From positions 714,331-778,330 of the forward strand of contig DASPLQ010000012.1 of assembly GCA_035627515.1 (NCBI GenBank): DNA of 64,000 nt. Reading direction: 5' to 3'. Source of the DNA: Vitreimonas sp. Its GTDB lineage: Bacteria; Patescibacteriota; Microgenomatia; UBA1400; PJMF01. Within the stretch, counting starts at the first letter, position 1. Each line of letters starts with the position of its first letter. The notes under the pieces are model-generated. The model was not told the origin of the DNA. It did not search any database and was given only the letters and a program-made list of their open reading frames with translations. Positions 29,207 through 38,871 of this stretch are shown in pieces. The translations under genes were made by a program, and so were the position numbers.

Positions 29207-29716
29207 TTAATTTCCTGCAAACGGCGAGCCAAATAAGCCGACAGCTAGTTCAACCCAAATCAAAAGGAAGACAAACACTATGGCAAGGGCGATAGCGATC
29301 CGTTGATTCGTATTCTTTACTTTACTACTGACAAATTCCAACATCAGACCCGTGGCTGAAAGGAGTACGCCCATGATCACAAAGTCACTCACTGTCCATG
29401 GCCATTGGCCTAATAAGGGGATCATTAACAGGGCAGCAGTTCCCAGTGCCACGCGCATCAAGCTTTGATTTTTCATAACAGGATTTCCTTTCTTACTTTG
29501 TATATGTTGAATAACAAGACTTTTAAGTATATCTACGCTGGTTCGTGCCCACAAATTAATCACTCCCTGTTCACGACGTTGTTGGTAACTGTCTTTAAGT
29601 GACTCACAAAACACAAACATCATTTCCTGCTCATACTCTTGTCTAAAACTCCTCGGATAGAGCTTGAGCAGAAAAGCGTACGTTTGTTCCGATTTTTGTA
29701 TTAAGGCCTTGCTCAT
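29207..29716 (-). CDS. PadR-associated membrane protein (HAAS-like)
   Basis: Soluble N-terminal helices followed by TM segments. 4-nt overlap with the upstream PadR gene. Confidence 0.5.
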   Translation of the reverse strand: MSKALIQKSEQTYAFLLKLYPRSFRQEYEQEMMFVFCESLKDSYQQRREQGVINLWARTSVDILKSLVIQHIQSKKGNPVMKNQSLMRVALGTAALLMIPLLGQWPWTVSDFVIMGVLLSATGLMLEFVSSKVKNTNQRIAIALAIVFVFLLIWVELAVGLFGSPFAGN

Positions 29717-30090
29717 ATTCCATAGGCTAAATTGGTCATGCCTAAACTATCAAAAAGATTTTTTCGCTTAGCTAGTTCCACGGCATCGTTATATCGTTCC
29801 AGTTCTGATGATAAAGACTTTCGGCCCTTCTCAGTTAAGGCATAGTATTTGCGGCGTGGATTATCGCCGGCAATTTCTTCGATCAAGTCTGAGTGGAGCA
29901 TCCGTTTGATAGAACCGTACAATGTTCCAGGTCCCAGCAACACTTTTTGTCCCGAGTCCTGTTCCACCTGCTTCATGATTTCATAACCATGCCGCTGTTT
30001 GATCGCCAAAGAGAGCAAAATATAAAATTCAGATTGTGATAAAGAAGTATCCATTAACTCATTATATATCGAACATCGATATATTGTCAA
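29713..30090 (-). CDS. PadR family transcriptional regulator
   Basis: QRHGYEIMKQVEQDSGQKVLLGPGTLYGSIKRM winged-HTH signature. Confidence 0.8.
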   Translation of the reverse strand: MTIYRCSIYNELMDTSLSQSEFYILLSLAIKQRHGYEIMKQVEQDSGQKVLLGPGTLYGSIKRMLHSDLIEEIAGDNPRRKYYALTEKGRKSLSSELERYNDAVELAKRKNLFDSLGMTNLAYGI

Positions 30091-30115
30091 ACGATATATT
30101 TGCTATACTGATGTC

Positions 30116-30916
30116 ATGCCTACGCTGTCAGTGCTCTGCTTCAACTGTTTTGGTAGCCCCATTTCTCTGAATAGAAAAAAGCGTTTTCCAGTGATTGCTC
30201 AAGAAATTGAGAAGTTTAATCCTGATATCGTGATGCTTCAAGAAGTCACCACTCCTCGCTCAAGTCGCTTGTTAGATAAGGAACTGCAAAAATTGGGCTG
30301 GCAGGCATATTTTACTCAAGGTTTGGTTTTTAGACGTGGCGGTTTGACGATGTATACCAAAAAACATCAACTGAAGTCACTTACTTTTCATCCTTTTACT
30401 AACCAAGGCCCACTCATGTCATGGTCTCTAGCCGATCGCATAGTCTGCAAAGGGTTCCAAAGTGCGGTATTGGAGTTCAACCAGCAAGATATCTTGTTAA
30501 TTAACACCCATGTCACCAGTAATTATGCTAAAGATAAGCAACGGGTTGGCTTCCAAAAACAACAGCTAGACCAGATACGAGTATTTATTAATACTCAACC
30601 ATATAAAGAAGTCATTTTAGCTGGGGATCTTAATTTTTCACCAGATTCAGTGATTATGAAGTCCTTTGCATTAAACTCACATCTGCAAGATACATTGAGT
30701 GAGGAAATAACTACCATTGATCCTAATAACGTCAAAGACAACTGGATTCTAAATACCTTTAGCAGTGAGGAGCCAATCCGAGTTGATTATGTCCTGGTGT
30801 CTCCGGCTATCCGCGTACAACAATGTGAAGTCGTGTTGAGTCGACCTTATGTGGTTGATAATAAACCCTGTTATCTCTCTGATCACTCCGGTATTTACGC
30901 TCAGTTGAACTTTTAA
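30116..30916 (+). CDS. endonuclease/exonuclease/phosphatase (EEP) family protein
   Basis: VMLQEV (catalytic Glu), INTHV, GDLNF and LSDHSGI motifs of the EEP fold. Confidence 0.75.
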   Translation: MPTLSVLCFNCFGSPISLNRKKRFPVIAQEIEKFNPDIVMLQEVTTPRSSRLLDKELQKLGWQAYFTQGLVFRRGGLTMYTKKHQLKSLTFHPFTNQGPLMSWSLADRIVCKGFQSAVLEFNQQDILLINTHVTSNYAKDKQRVGFQKQQLDQIRVFINTQPYKEVILAGDLNFSPDSVIMKSFALNSHLQDTLSEEITTIDPNNVKDNWILNTFSSEEPIRVDYVLVSPAIRVQQCEVVLSRPYVVDNKPCYLSDHSGIYAQLNF

Positions 30917-30918
30917 AA

Positions 30919-31362
30919 TTGTTATCTGTTACAATCCAGGTACCTATGAACATGTTTAAGTCTGTAAAAGCTGAAACTATTGAAGAATATTTCGATTCTT
31001 TGCCGTCAGATCGCCGAGAACCTATCAACTTCTTACACCGTTTTATCCAAGAAATGGCACCCAGCCTAAAACCACACTTTGCGTCTAACATGTTGGGATA
31101 TGGCAGTTTTAAATACAAAAATTATAAAAAAGAGATAATTGATTGGCCGACTATTGCTTTAGCAAGTCAAAAAAACTACATCAGTTTGTATGTTTGTGCG
31201 ATGAAAGATGGTGAGTACATCGCTGAAAAACATCAAGGAGAGCTGGGTAAAGTAAGTGTGGGCAGAAGCTGTATTCGCTTTAAAAAAATCGAAGACCTCA
31301 ATTTGAAAACATTAGAAAAAGTCATCAAAGCTGCCGAGAAATCACCTGGGCTTCAGGTTTAA
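30919..31362 (+). CDS. DUF1801 (YdhG-like) protein
   Basis: IEEYFDSLPSD...GRSCIRFKKIEDLNLKTLEKVIKAA is the typical DUF1801 layout. Confidence 0.65.
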   Translation: MLSVTIQVPMNMFKSVKAETIEEYFDSLPSDRREPINFLHRFIQEMAPSLKPHFASNMLGYGSFKYKNYKKEIIDWPTIALASQKNYISLYVCAMKDGEYIAEKHQGELGKVSVGRSCIRFKKIEDLNLKTLEKVIKAAEKSPGLQV

Positions 31363-31402
31363 AAGTATATTTATTTAACAATATAGTTCACTTTATTGCG
31401 CT

Positions 31403-33025
31403 TTAAATCTCCACTACTTTTCCGCCCATTCGATTAATAAAATAAGTGTCATGAGAGATATAAAGAATACCGCCTTCGAATTTTGAAAGAGCATTTTCGA
31501 GTTCTTCGATAGAGGGTAAGTCGAGGTGGTTAGTTGGCTCATCAAGAATCAAGAGGTTTGGTTCACCAATAAACATCTTGATGAGTTGAAAACGTGCTTT
31601 TTGTCCACCTGACAAAAACATGATTTTTTGTTGGCCATCAGCAATCGGATCAAAGAGATACTGAGCTAACAAACTTTTAACTTGTCTATCTTCAATAATA
31701 ACTTTTTTTTCTTTATAACTCAACCGGATAGCTTCTTCTAGCGGTAACTCCAAATACTTATCACTGATCTCTTGCTCATACTCACCAATTCGCAAGTCGG
31801 CTCCTAAGATGATCTCACCATTTAGCTGGAGAGCTTTCGGTTGTTGATGGTGAGCGAGTGCTAAGATGGTACGTACGAGGGTACTCTTGCCGGCGCCGTT
31901 TTTACCTTTGATAAAAACTCGATCATTATTTCGCATCGAAAAATGAAGGTGCTCAAAAACCGGTTCTTCATAACCTAAACTCAAATTTCTAATTAACATT
32001 AATTCCGTCCCGCTCTCACCCTCACCAGAGACTGAAATTCTAATATTTTTCTCCTTAAATTTCTGATAAGAGTCAACAACTTTCCCATCTAGTTCCTCAA
32101 CTGAATTTTGATCTATCCAAAACGAAGGTTTGACAGTCTCTGCTTTGATCTTTTCGTAGTCTCTGAGCCAATGATCATATCGAATTTTCCATTGTTTGCT
32201 TTTAGCACGCATTTGCAAACCCCACTCAACTCTTTTCTTGGCTTCTTTTAAGCGATTTAATTGATCAGAGTACAGTTTGACTGAGCTCAAGGTTTGAGTA
32301 GCATTTTGGGCGATATAGTGATCATAGTTACCCTTAAACACTTCAATCTTTTGATTCTTTAATTCAAAAATTTTCGTGACATGTTTGAGCACATCACGAT
32401 CGTGAGTGACCACTAACACAGTTTGAGACAAACTTTTCATCCACGAAATAAAGCGATCTTTCCCCTGGTAGTCCATGTGATTAGTTGGTTCGTCTACCAG
32501 CAATAAATCCGACCGTGAGAACATCATCCGAGTCATTTCGACATATCGTTTTTCACCACCAGAAAGATTGGCTAACGGTTGATGTGCGGCGTCATGAGGA
32601 ATATTGAAATCAGCTAAAGTACTTAAGATAGCATCAATAACATGAAAGTATCGTTTTTCTGTGAACTGCTCAAGGGTCCGCAAATATTGATCGGTATTGG
32701 TATTCAAGCCTTGCTCATAATCATCTAAAATTTTTTTGTACTGATAGAAATGGGGCACATCTTTCAAGATGTATTCGAGTGGGGAATGTGTAGTGCCACG
32801 TAAATGTTCTTGTTTAGTGAGCGTAATCCTCAGACCTTTACGTGTAGTGATCTTGCCGTCAAAGTCGTGGTCTTCGCCACTAAGCATTTTTAGGAGTGTT
32901 GTTTTGCCATAGCCATTTCTGCCAATCAAGGCAATTTTTTCTCCCGGCACAATCGTAAAAGCCACATCTTTAAATAAGTGTTTGGCACCAATGGATTTAG
33001 TAAGGTTGGTAGCTTCGATGAGCAT
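31403..33025 (-). CDS. ABC-F family ATPase (tandem ABC cassettes, no TMD)
   Basis: Two Walker A motifs (GRNGYGKTTLLK, GKNGAGKSTLV), signatures LSGGEKRY and LSGGQKARF, and an inter-domain linker; 540 aa. Confidence 0.85.
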   Translation of the reverse strand: MLIEATNLTKSIGAKHLFKDVAFTIVPGEKIALIGRNGYGKTTLLKMLSGEDHDFDGKITTRKGLRITLTKQEHLRGTTHSPLEYILKDVPHFYQYKKILDDYEQGLNTNTDQYLRTLEQFTEKRYFHVIDAILSTLADFNIPHDAAHQPLANLSGGEKRYVEMTRMMFSRSDLLLVDEPTNHMDYQGKDRFISWMKSLSQTVLVVTHDRDVLKHVTKIFELKNQKIEVFKGNYDHYIAQNATQTLSSVKLYSDQLNRLKEAKKRVEWGLQMRAKSKQWKIRYDHWLRDYEKIKAETVKPSFWIDQNSVEELDGKVVDSYQKFKEKNIRISVSGEGESGTELMLIRNLSLGYEEPVFEHLHFSMRNNDRVFIKGKNGAGKSTLVRTILALAHHQQPKALQLNGEIILGADLRIGEYEQEISDKYLELPLEEAIRLSYKEKKVIIEDRQVKSLLAQYLFDPIADGQQKIMFLSGGQKARFQLIKMFIGEPNLLILDEPTNHLDLPSIEELENALSKFEGGILYISHDTYFINRMGGKVVEI

Positions 33026-33044
33026 GAGATAGACATTATACCCT

Positions 33045-35066
33045 CTAGGTTGGATTATTGCAGTTTAATAACTCAGGTTGTGAATCGTAAAGTTTAATAA
33101 TCTTAGTGATATGTCTCTGCTTGGCATAGTCGCAAAGTTCATCATCAGTTAACGATTTTGCTGCTGGTAATTCAGTAGGTTGATAAAGTGATAATCCGGG
33201 ATAATCTGTCTCACAGTTGATCAATGACTGATTGGCAAGGATAGGTAATTCACTCAATGCACTAATCATTAGTGAACTGATATAACATCGACCATTAATA
33301 CTCCAAAGATTAGAGTCGGGTGGTAGGTAAACAGCTGCGGCTGAAAGTGGAGTATATAAATGTAGTTTTTCCAGTTCTCTTGTTTGCATGCTTAGTTTGG
33401 TGTCTTGGGCACTCGCCAGTGAAGTAATTTCTAATTGATAGGTATGATAGAAGGTCACCAGGTTAGCTGTGATTTTTATCGTGAGAATGCTAATTAAAAG
33501 CAGCTTTATCAGGTTAGTTACTTGAGACTGAGTGAGAGTGAGATGTAAAAATCGTGAACTCAGCTGGTTTAGCAACTGTGAAGCATTATTAAAAAGTGTG
33601 TTGCTGGTTACTAACAGCAACGATAGGGCTACCCATCGGTGATAATCTAATAAATAGTTAGAGAAAGAACGGGTGTTAAAGACCAATGATGGTAGTAATC
33701 CACCGAGGAGTAATACCATGACTACTTCCAAGGTAAGGAACTGGTAACTCTTGAAGGCTTTTTTTAACTTGGCTTTAGTTAGAGGTAGCTGCTGGATATA
33801 CGTTATGAAACCATATAACCATGTCGTAATAAATCCATATGCTAACCATAGCCATACTAACTTTTGATCAATAAAGTGTAGGTAGAAAAACGGCTCAAAA
33901 AAAATACTGTGTTCAGGTAAGTTAAAAAAAACAATACCAATCATTCCTACCCCAGCTAAACTCATCATGAAAAGAACAAAAAATATTTTTTTGTAGAGCT
34001 GAAGCCGAAGTGTGAGGTAGCCAAGTACGACTAATGCTAGATATAAATGTGACAACTTAATTAACGCTAAGCAACTTAAAGCTCCTAACAAAAGTGCTAA
34101 ATTAAGTAAAAGTGACTTTGAAAATTGTTGATTGATAACCGCTAAAATAATAGGCACTACTATCGGGATTAATAAAAAGGAAAATGTATTGGCAACCGTA
34201 TATGATTCATTAAATAAAAAAATATCGACGACACCAATTCGATTACTGATAGCAGTGGGAAGTAGGCCAATGATTATGCTAAAAAAGAGTAACCACCATG
34301 AAGTATTATGTGCCAGTGGCACGTTTTTTTCTCTTATTAGCTGGTGTTTAAAATATAATCCTAACTTAAGTAAAGCATGGACAAAGAGCGATACTATCAT
34401 TCCGTGAAAGCCAAATTGATAGAAGAAGACGGTTTTAATTTGTAATAACTGCGCAATGCCGGCAAACAGCAGGTGGGACCCAAAGTGGTATGGTGTCCAG
34501 ACTAAGCCATCCAGCCCAGTGGTAGGGTAAAGCTGATAACGTAAGCGATTGGTGAGTGCTGTATAAAAAACAGTATCAGGATGAGCGGTGCCAGCCAAGA
34601 TTTTGTGTGGCAATAAAAAGTTAAAGGTGTTGCTGAGGGCACCAGCTGTGAAAATCCATACTCCCATCACCAACGCTAAAAAAATAAGTAGCAAGACACT
34701 CTTAAATGAATTACTTCGCCACCATGTAAGCAGGTTCCTAGCAAATAGTACACCACCCCTAATGAACATGATTCCCACAATAAGCATGCTCACTGGAGCT
34801 GGTAAAAATAAACCGATCAAACTCAGCGAGACTATACTTAAAATGTAAAGTGTATTACTTCTTATTGCGTTATTGTGGGTAGAAAGCCAGTGAGAGTGGG
34901 ATTGGTTAATGAGGTACAAAGTCATCATGAAGACTTTTATGGCCGAGAAAAAATAATTCTCTATGCCTGTGGTAAAGAAGAGAAATGAACCCAAAATAGT
35001 AAGAGCTAGAAATGAAGAAAAAAGAGTGACTACTAACGAGTCAGTTTCGTACTGTTTTACAGTCAT
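33045..35066 (-). CDS. large polytopic membrane protein (673 aa), possible GT-C-like glycosyltransferase
   Basis: About 14 TM helices followed by a roughly 130-aa Cys-containing C-terminal domain. 20 nt upstream of the ABC-F gene on the same strand. Confidence 0.5.
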   Translation of the reverse strand: MTVKQYETDSLVVTLFSSFLALTILGSFLFFTTGIENYFFSAIKVFMMTLYLINQSHSHWLSTHNNAIRSNTLYILSIVSLSLIGLFLPAPVSMLIVGIMFIRGGVLFARNLLTWWRSNSFKSVLLLIFLALVMGVWIFTAGALSNTFNFLLPHKILAGTAHPDTVFYTALTNRLRYQLYPTTGLDGLVWTPYHFGSHLLFAGIAQLLQIKTVFFYQFGFHGMIVSLFVHALLKLGLYFKHQLIREKNVPLAHNTSWWLLFFSIIIGLLPTAISNRIGVVDIFLFNESYTVANTFSFLLIPIVVPIILAVINQQFSKSLLLNLALLLGALSCLALIKLSHLYLALVVLGYLTLRLQLYKKIFFVLFMMSLAGVGMIGIVFFNLPEHSIFFEPFFYLHFIDQKLVWLWLAYGFITTWLYGFITYIQQLPLTKAKLKKAFKSYQFLTLEVVMVLLLGGLLPSLVFNTRSFSNYLLDYHRWVALSLLLVTSNTLFNNASQLLNQLSSRFLHLTLTQSQVTNLIKLLLISILTIKITANLVTFYHTYQLEITSLASAQDTKLSMQTRELEKLHLYTPLSAAAVYLPPDSNLWSINGRCYISSLMISALSELPILANQSLINCETDYPGLSLYQPTELPAAKSLTDDELCDYAKQRHITKIIKLYDSQPELLNCNNPT

Positions 35067-35225
35067 TCTAGTATCATAACTCCCAAGTAAACAAAGTCGA
35101 TTGGAAAATAGGTCTCACATTTCCAGTAGGCATATTTTAGGTAAATCCAAAATAATAGTACGCCTCTGGTCTAGATTGGTATATGATACGGAGGCTAATT
35201 AACAATCATTACACAAGGAGCCTGC

Positions 35226-35642
35226 ATGCAATCCCGACTTAACCCCTATATCAATTTTAAAGACAACACTCGCCAGGCAATGGAGTTTTACCGCACTGTT
35301 TTTGGTGGAAAGTTAGATATGAATACATTTGGTGAATTTCACGCCTCTCAAGATCCGAGTGAAGCAGACAAAATCATGCATGCGATGTTGATCGCTGACA
35401 ATGGTATTACCTTCATGGCTTCTGATACCCCCAATAGTATGGAGTATCAGCCGGGCAAAAATATGAGTATGTCCTTGAGTGGTGACAACGAGGCGGAGTT
35501 AAAAGGCTATTGGGAAAAATTAAGTGAGGGTGCAACCATTACGATGCCACTTGATAAAGCTCCATGGGGGGACACTTTTGGTATGTTAAGTGATAAATTT
35601 GGTATTACTTGGATGGTTAACATCTCACCCGCTACCAATTAA
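35226..35642 (+). CDS. VOC-family protein (PhnB-like)
   Basis: LNPYINFKDNTRQAMEFYRTVFGG...FGITWMV motifs. Confidence 0.7.
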   Translation: MQSRLNPYINFKDNTRQAMEFYRTVFGGKLDMNTFGEFHASQDPSEADKIMHAMLIADNGITFMASDTPNSMEYQPGKNMSMSLSGDNEAELKGYWEKLSEGATITMPLDKAPWGDTFGMLSDKFGITWMVNISPATN

Positions 35643-35654
35643 CAGGAATATCTC

Positions 35655-36536
35655 ATGCAAAAAATCGTCACTCACTTATGGTATGACAAAGAAGCCGTGG
35701 AAGCGGCAGAGTTTTATACCTCTGTCTTTCCCAATTCTAAGATCAACTATAAAACCACGATTCATAACACGCCGTCCGGTGACTGTGACATTTTAAGCAT
35801 CGAGATTATGGGCCAGGAATTCATGCTCATTAGTGCTGGACCATACTTCAAGTTTAATCCTTCGGTTTCGTTTTTGGTATCCTGTAAAACTAAAACTGAA
35901 GTGGATGAGTTATGGGGCAAGCTTTCGGTGGGAGGGGCGGCGTTAATGGAGCTGGGTGAGTATCCTTTTAGCAAATGGTATGGTTGGACGCAAGATAAAT
36001 ATGGCTTGTCATGGCAAATAATGTTAAGCGATCAAGAAATAAAGCAAGTTATTGTTCCGACTATGATGTTTGTCGGGGATCAATGTGGCCGAGCCGAAGA
36101 AGCTATCACTTTCTACAACTCGGTCTTCCGTAATAGCAGTGTTGGCCATGTCATGCGCTATAACGAAGGTGAAGAGCCAGATAAAGCCGGTACTATCCGA
36201 CACGCGGGTTTTACTTTGGAAGGCCAAGAGTTTGCAGCTATGGACAGTGCGCAGGAGCATACGTTTGCATTTAATGAAGCGATTTCCTTCATTGTTCGCT
36301 GTGAAGATCAAACAGAGATTGATTATTATTGGGAAAAACTGTCAGCAGATCCTAAAGCCGAGCAATGTGGCTGGTTGAAAGATAAGTTTGGTTTTTCTTG
36401 GCAAATTGAGCCCACAGCGATGCAGAAAATAATGCAAGATAAGGATCAAGCGCGTGTTGATCGGGTCACTCAGGCTTTCTTAAAAATGAAGAAGTTTGAT
36501 ATTGCTGAACTCGAAAAAGCTTATGAGGGTAAATAA
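35655..36536 (+). CDS. tandem two-domain VOC/PhnB-like protein
   Basis: The single-domain pattern occurs twice internally: HLWYDKEAVEAAEFYTSVF...KYGLSWQI and MMFVGDQCGRAEEAITFYNSVF...EQCGWLKDKFGFSWQI. Confidence 0.7.
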   Translation: MQKIVTHLWYDKEAVEAAEFYTSVFPNSKINYKTTIHNTPSGDCDILSIEIMGQEFMLISAGPYFKFNPSVSFLVSCKTKTEVDELWGKLSVGGAALMELGEYPFSKWYGWTQDKYGLSWQIMLSDQEIKQVIVPTMMFVGDQCGRAEEAITFYNSVFRNSSVGHVMRYNEGEEPDKAGTIRHAGFTLEGQEFAAMDSAQEHTFAFNEAISFIVRCEDQTEIDYYWEKLSADPKAEQCGWLKDKFGFSWQIEPTAMQKIMQDKDQARVDRVTQAFLKMKKFDIAELEKAYEGK

Positions 36537-36548
36537 CTATTCACAATC

Positions 36549-36935
36549 ATGCTAAAAATTTCAGTTAAACACAACAATAATAACTCGCCTAAGCAAATGT
36601 TATTGCGTGATTTTACTTTAGCTTTCGCCCAAGGTAATGAAGAATTCATTATTAGTAACATGGCTGATAATATCCACTGGGAAATGGTGGGGGAGAAAGT
36701 AATTGAAGGCAAAGAGGCAGCAACGGCTATGGTTAAAGAATCGCTTGACGGCAGTATTACAGAATTAGTCTTGGATTATGTTTTTACGCACGGGAGAGCC
36801 GGTTGTGTACAAGGTCTAATGACGTTTAATACTGGCAAAACCTTTAGCTTCTGTGACGTGTATGAGTTCTCTAGTTTGGGTAGGGATGCCAAAATCAAAA
36901 ACATTATTTCATATGTAGTGGAGATGAAAGTTTAA
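36549..36935 (+). CDS. NTF2-like (SnoaL/ketosteroid-isomerase-like) protein
   Basis: Small alpha+beta protein; the FAQGNEEFIISNMADNIHWEMVGEK pattern is typical of SnoaL_2. Confidence 0.5.
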   Translation: MLKISVKHNNNNSPKQMLLRDFTLAFAQGNEEFIISNMADNIHWEMVGEKVIEGKEAATAMVKESLDGSITELVLDYVFTHGRAGCVQGLMTFNTGKTFSFCDVYEFSSLGRDAKIKNIISYVVEMKV

Positions 36936-36939
36936 CTGT

Positions 36940-37071
36940 ATGTCCATGCTAGCAGAGTATGAAGGGGGTAAAGGAACAATTAAATTTCCGCTCACCAAAC
37001 CTATTCCGTATGATTTGATAGCTAAGATTACGCAGTTTAGAGCTGAAGAAAATAGAGCAAAAAAGCAGTAG
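36940..37071 (+). pseudogene. 43-codon ORF resembling the C-terminus of DUF1801/YdhG-like proteins (possible gene remnant)
   Basis: Translation MSMLAEYEGGKGTIKFPLTKPIPYDLIAKITQFRAEENRAKKQ* resembles the conserved C-terminal GKG.IRFpl.kp.P..LI..I...R motif. Too short to be a full domain. Confidence 0.3.
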
Positions 37072-37079
37072 GAATCTGC

Positions 37080-38765
37080 CTACCTTTGGAGCCAGACTCC
37101 GCCGTATGCACCCAACTTAACCTGATTTTTTTTGATGATGACACGATTAACCTGAGCGATATTAGTAAAGCCTTTAGTTTCCAACGCCACTTCTTTAAGA
37201 GTGTTATCTAAGTTAACTAGGACAATAAACTGTGACGAGCCTATTTCATATTTAAGGGCAAAGACAGCCAGATCATGATGAGGAAGCCTGACAGGCTCAA
37301 TGTTTACATAGCGGTGTAATTTACTGCGTTGCTTTAAAAAATGAGAAAGAATTTTAAACAAACGTTTGCCCGTGGCTGATTGGAAATGTTTTTTAGTCAG
37401 GTAACCGCGATTAATGTTGCGGTTATCATTTTTTTCAGCAGCAGTTAATTTAGTTAAAGGAATATTTTTAGCTCCAAGCTCGTCACCATACGGAATTGCT
37501 ACACCATCTGGAAATGAAAGTAACAAAAAGTAAGCCATTAAAAATCGACGTGTTTTTTTTCCTAATAAAGAATACGTCCGGCCAGAAACTCCGTAGCCCT
37601 CACGGAATGAGGCGCCGCGAGGTAAGAGTTCGGTAGAAACTTCATCTTTAATGTTCTCTGGCAAGTATGCCAAGCTTAGTTCATCATGATTGCGCAAAAA
37701 GTTAATCCACTCTGCATGAATAGGAATTTTATTCATATATTTGAGTTTTTCCCAGATGAAGTTGACGTCTTTCTTAATAATACTGACCCACAAACTCGTA
37801 CAGAGATGAAAGTTATATGACAACTCAGCTTGTCGGACATTGGAGGTACCAAAGTAATCTATGACCGTAGGTAATGACTCATAGGTTTCCACAATCAGCG
37901 AACATTCAGGATTAATTTGACTTGCTAGCTGATTTAAAGCGGCAATAATAGCAAAGGTTCTCTCATGCTCACAATCAACTTTTTTGTAAGCTTCTTTACC
38001 AACAAAAGGAATAGCGTCAAGCCGAAAGTTAAATCCAAACTGCGCCCAGTACATTGTGATTTTTGCAAACTCAATAAAAACATCCGGGTTTAACCAATTG
38101 ACGTCAATTTGCTGAGGATAATAGGTATGATAATACCAATAGCAATCCTCAGCTTGTATCCAGTGGGGAACTTCACCTGCTGATTCTGGAAAAGCTATAT
38201 TAATGGTTTCAGTTTTGCCATCAACTTCATACTCACCCCAGACCGCCGCATCTTTATGAAATTTGCGGATGAATTTAGGCTTATCTGGACAATGAATAAA
38301 ATACTGCCGATATTTTTCATCACCTTGGACTGCCTTTTTAAACCACTGATGCTGGTCAGAAACGTGATTGAAAACTAAATCTATAAATACGCGTAGTCCT
38401 AACTCATCAGCTCGCTTTTTTATAGTAATTAAGTCGGAATGTGTTCCTAAGTCTGGACGAATTTTATAATAGTCACTGATATCAAAACCTTTGTCTATCA
38501 GAGGGGACTCAAAAAATGGCAAGATATGAAAAGCGGTACAACCCAATTCTTTAATATGGTCTAATAATGGCAAGAGCGCCGTTAGTGGTTTTTCGGTACG
38601 ACTGAGAATCGTATCAGGGTACAAGACATATAAATTGACAAATTTATACCACGAGAGATTGGGAAAAGGATTTGTGACTTTGTGTAAAGTTTGACTAAAC
38701 TTCTCTAATTCTGTGGTGATGCGAGACACATCATCAGGATAAAGCTCTGCTAGGTAACTCTGCAT
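37080..38765 (-). CDS. GH13 alpha-amylase family glycoside hydrolase/transglucosidase
   Basis: DGFDISDYY (region I-like), GFNFRLDAIPF (region II with the catalytic Asp), EWINFLRNHDE (region IV); 561 aa. Confidence 0.8.
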   Translation of the reverse strand: MQSYLAELYPDDVSRITTELEKFSQTLHKVTNPFPNLSWYKFVNLYVLYPDTILSRTEKPLTALLPLLDHIKELGCTAFHILPFFESPLIDKGFDISDYYKIRPDLGTHSDLITIKKRADELGLRVFIDLVFNHVSDQHQWFKKAVQGDEKYRQYFIHCPDKPKFIRKFHKDAAVWGEYEVDGKTETINIAFPESAGEVPHWIQAEDCYWYYHTYYPQQIDVNWLNPDVFIEFAKITMYWAQFGFNFRLDAIPFVGKEAYKKVDCEHERTFAIIAALNQLASQINPECSLIVETYESLPTVIDYFGTSNVRQAELSYNFHLCTSLWVSIIKKDVNFIWEKLKYMNKIPIHAEWINFLRNHDELSLAYLPENIKDEVSTELLPRGASFREGYGVSGRTYSLLGKKTRRFLMAYFLLLSFPDGVAIPYGDELGAKNIPLTKLTAAEKNDNRNINRGYLTKKHFQSATGKRLFKILSHFLKQRSKLHRYVNIEPVRLPHHDLAVFALKYEIGSSQFIVLVNLDNTLKEVALETKGFTNIAQVNRVIIKKNQVKLGAYGGVWLQR

Positions 38766-38871
38766 AACGTAGTGATCATCCCCAAAAATGGAGTGTAATA
38801 AATGAGTAGTAGGTAAGAATTTGACATGAAAAACGGTTAAAAAGATTGATCAATGAGATAAAAAATATTTT

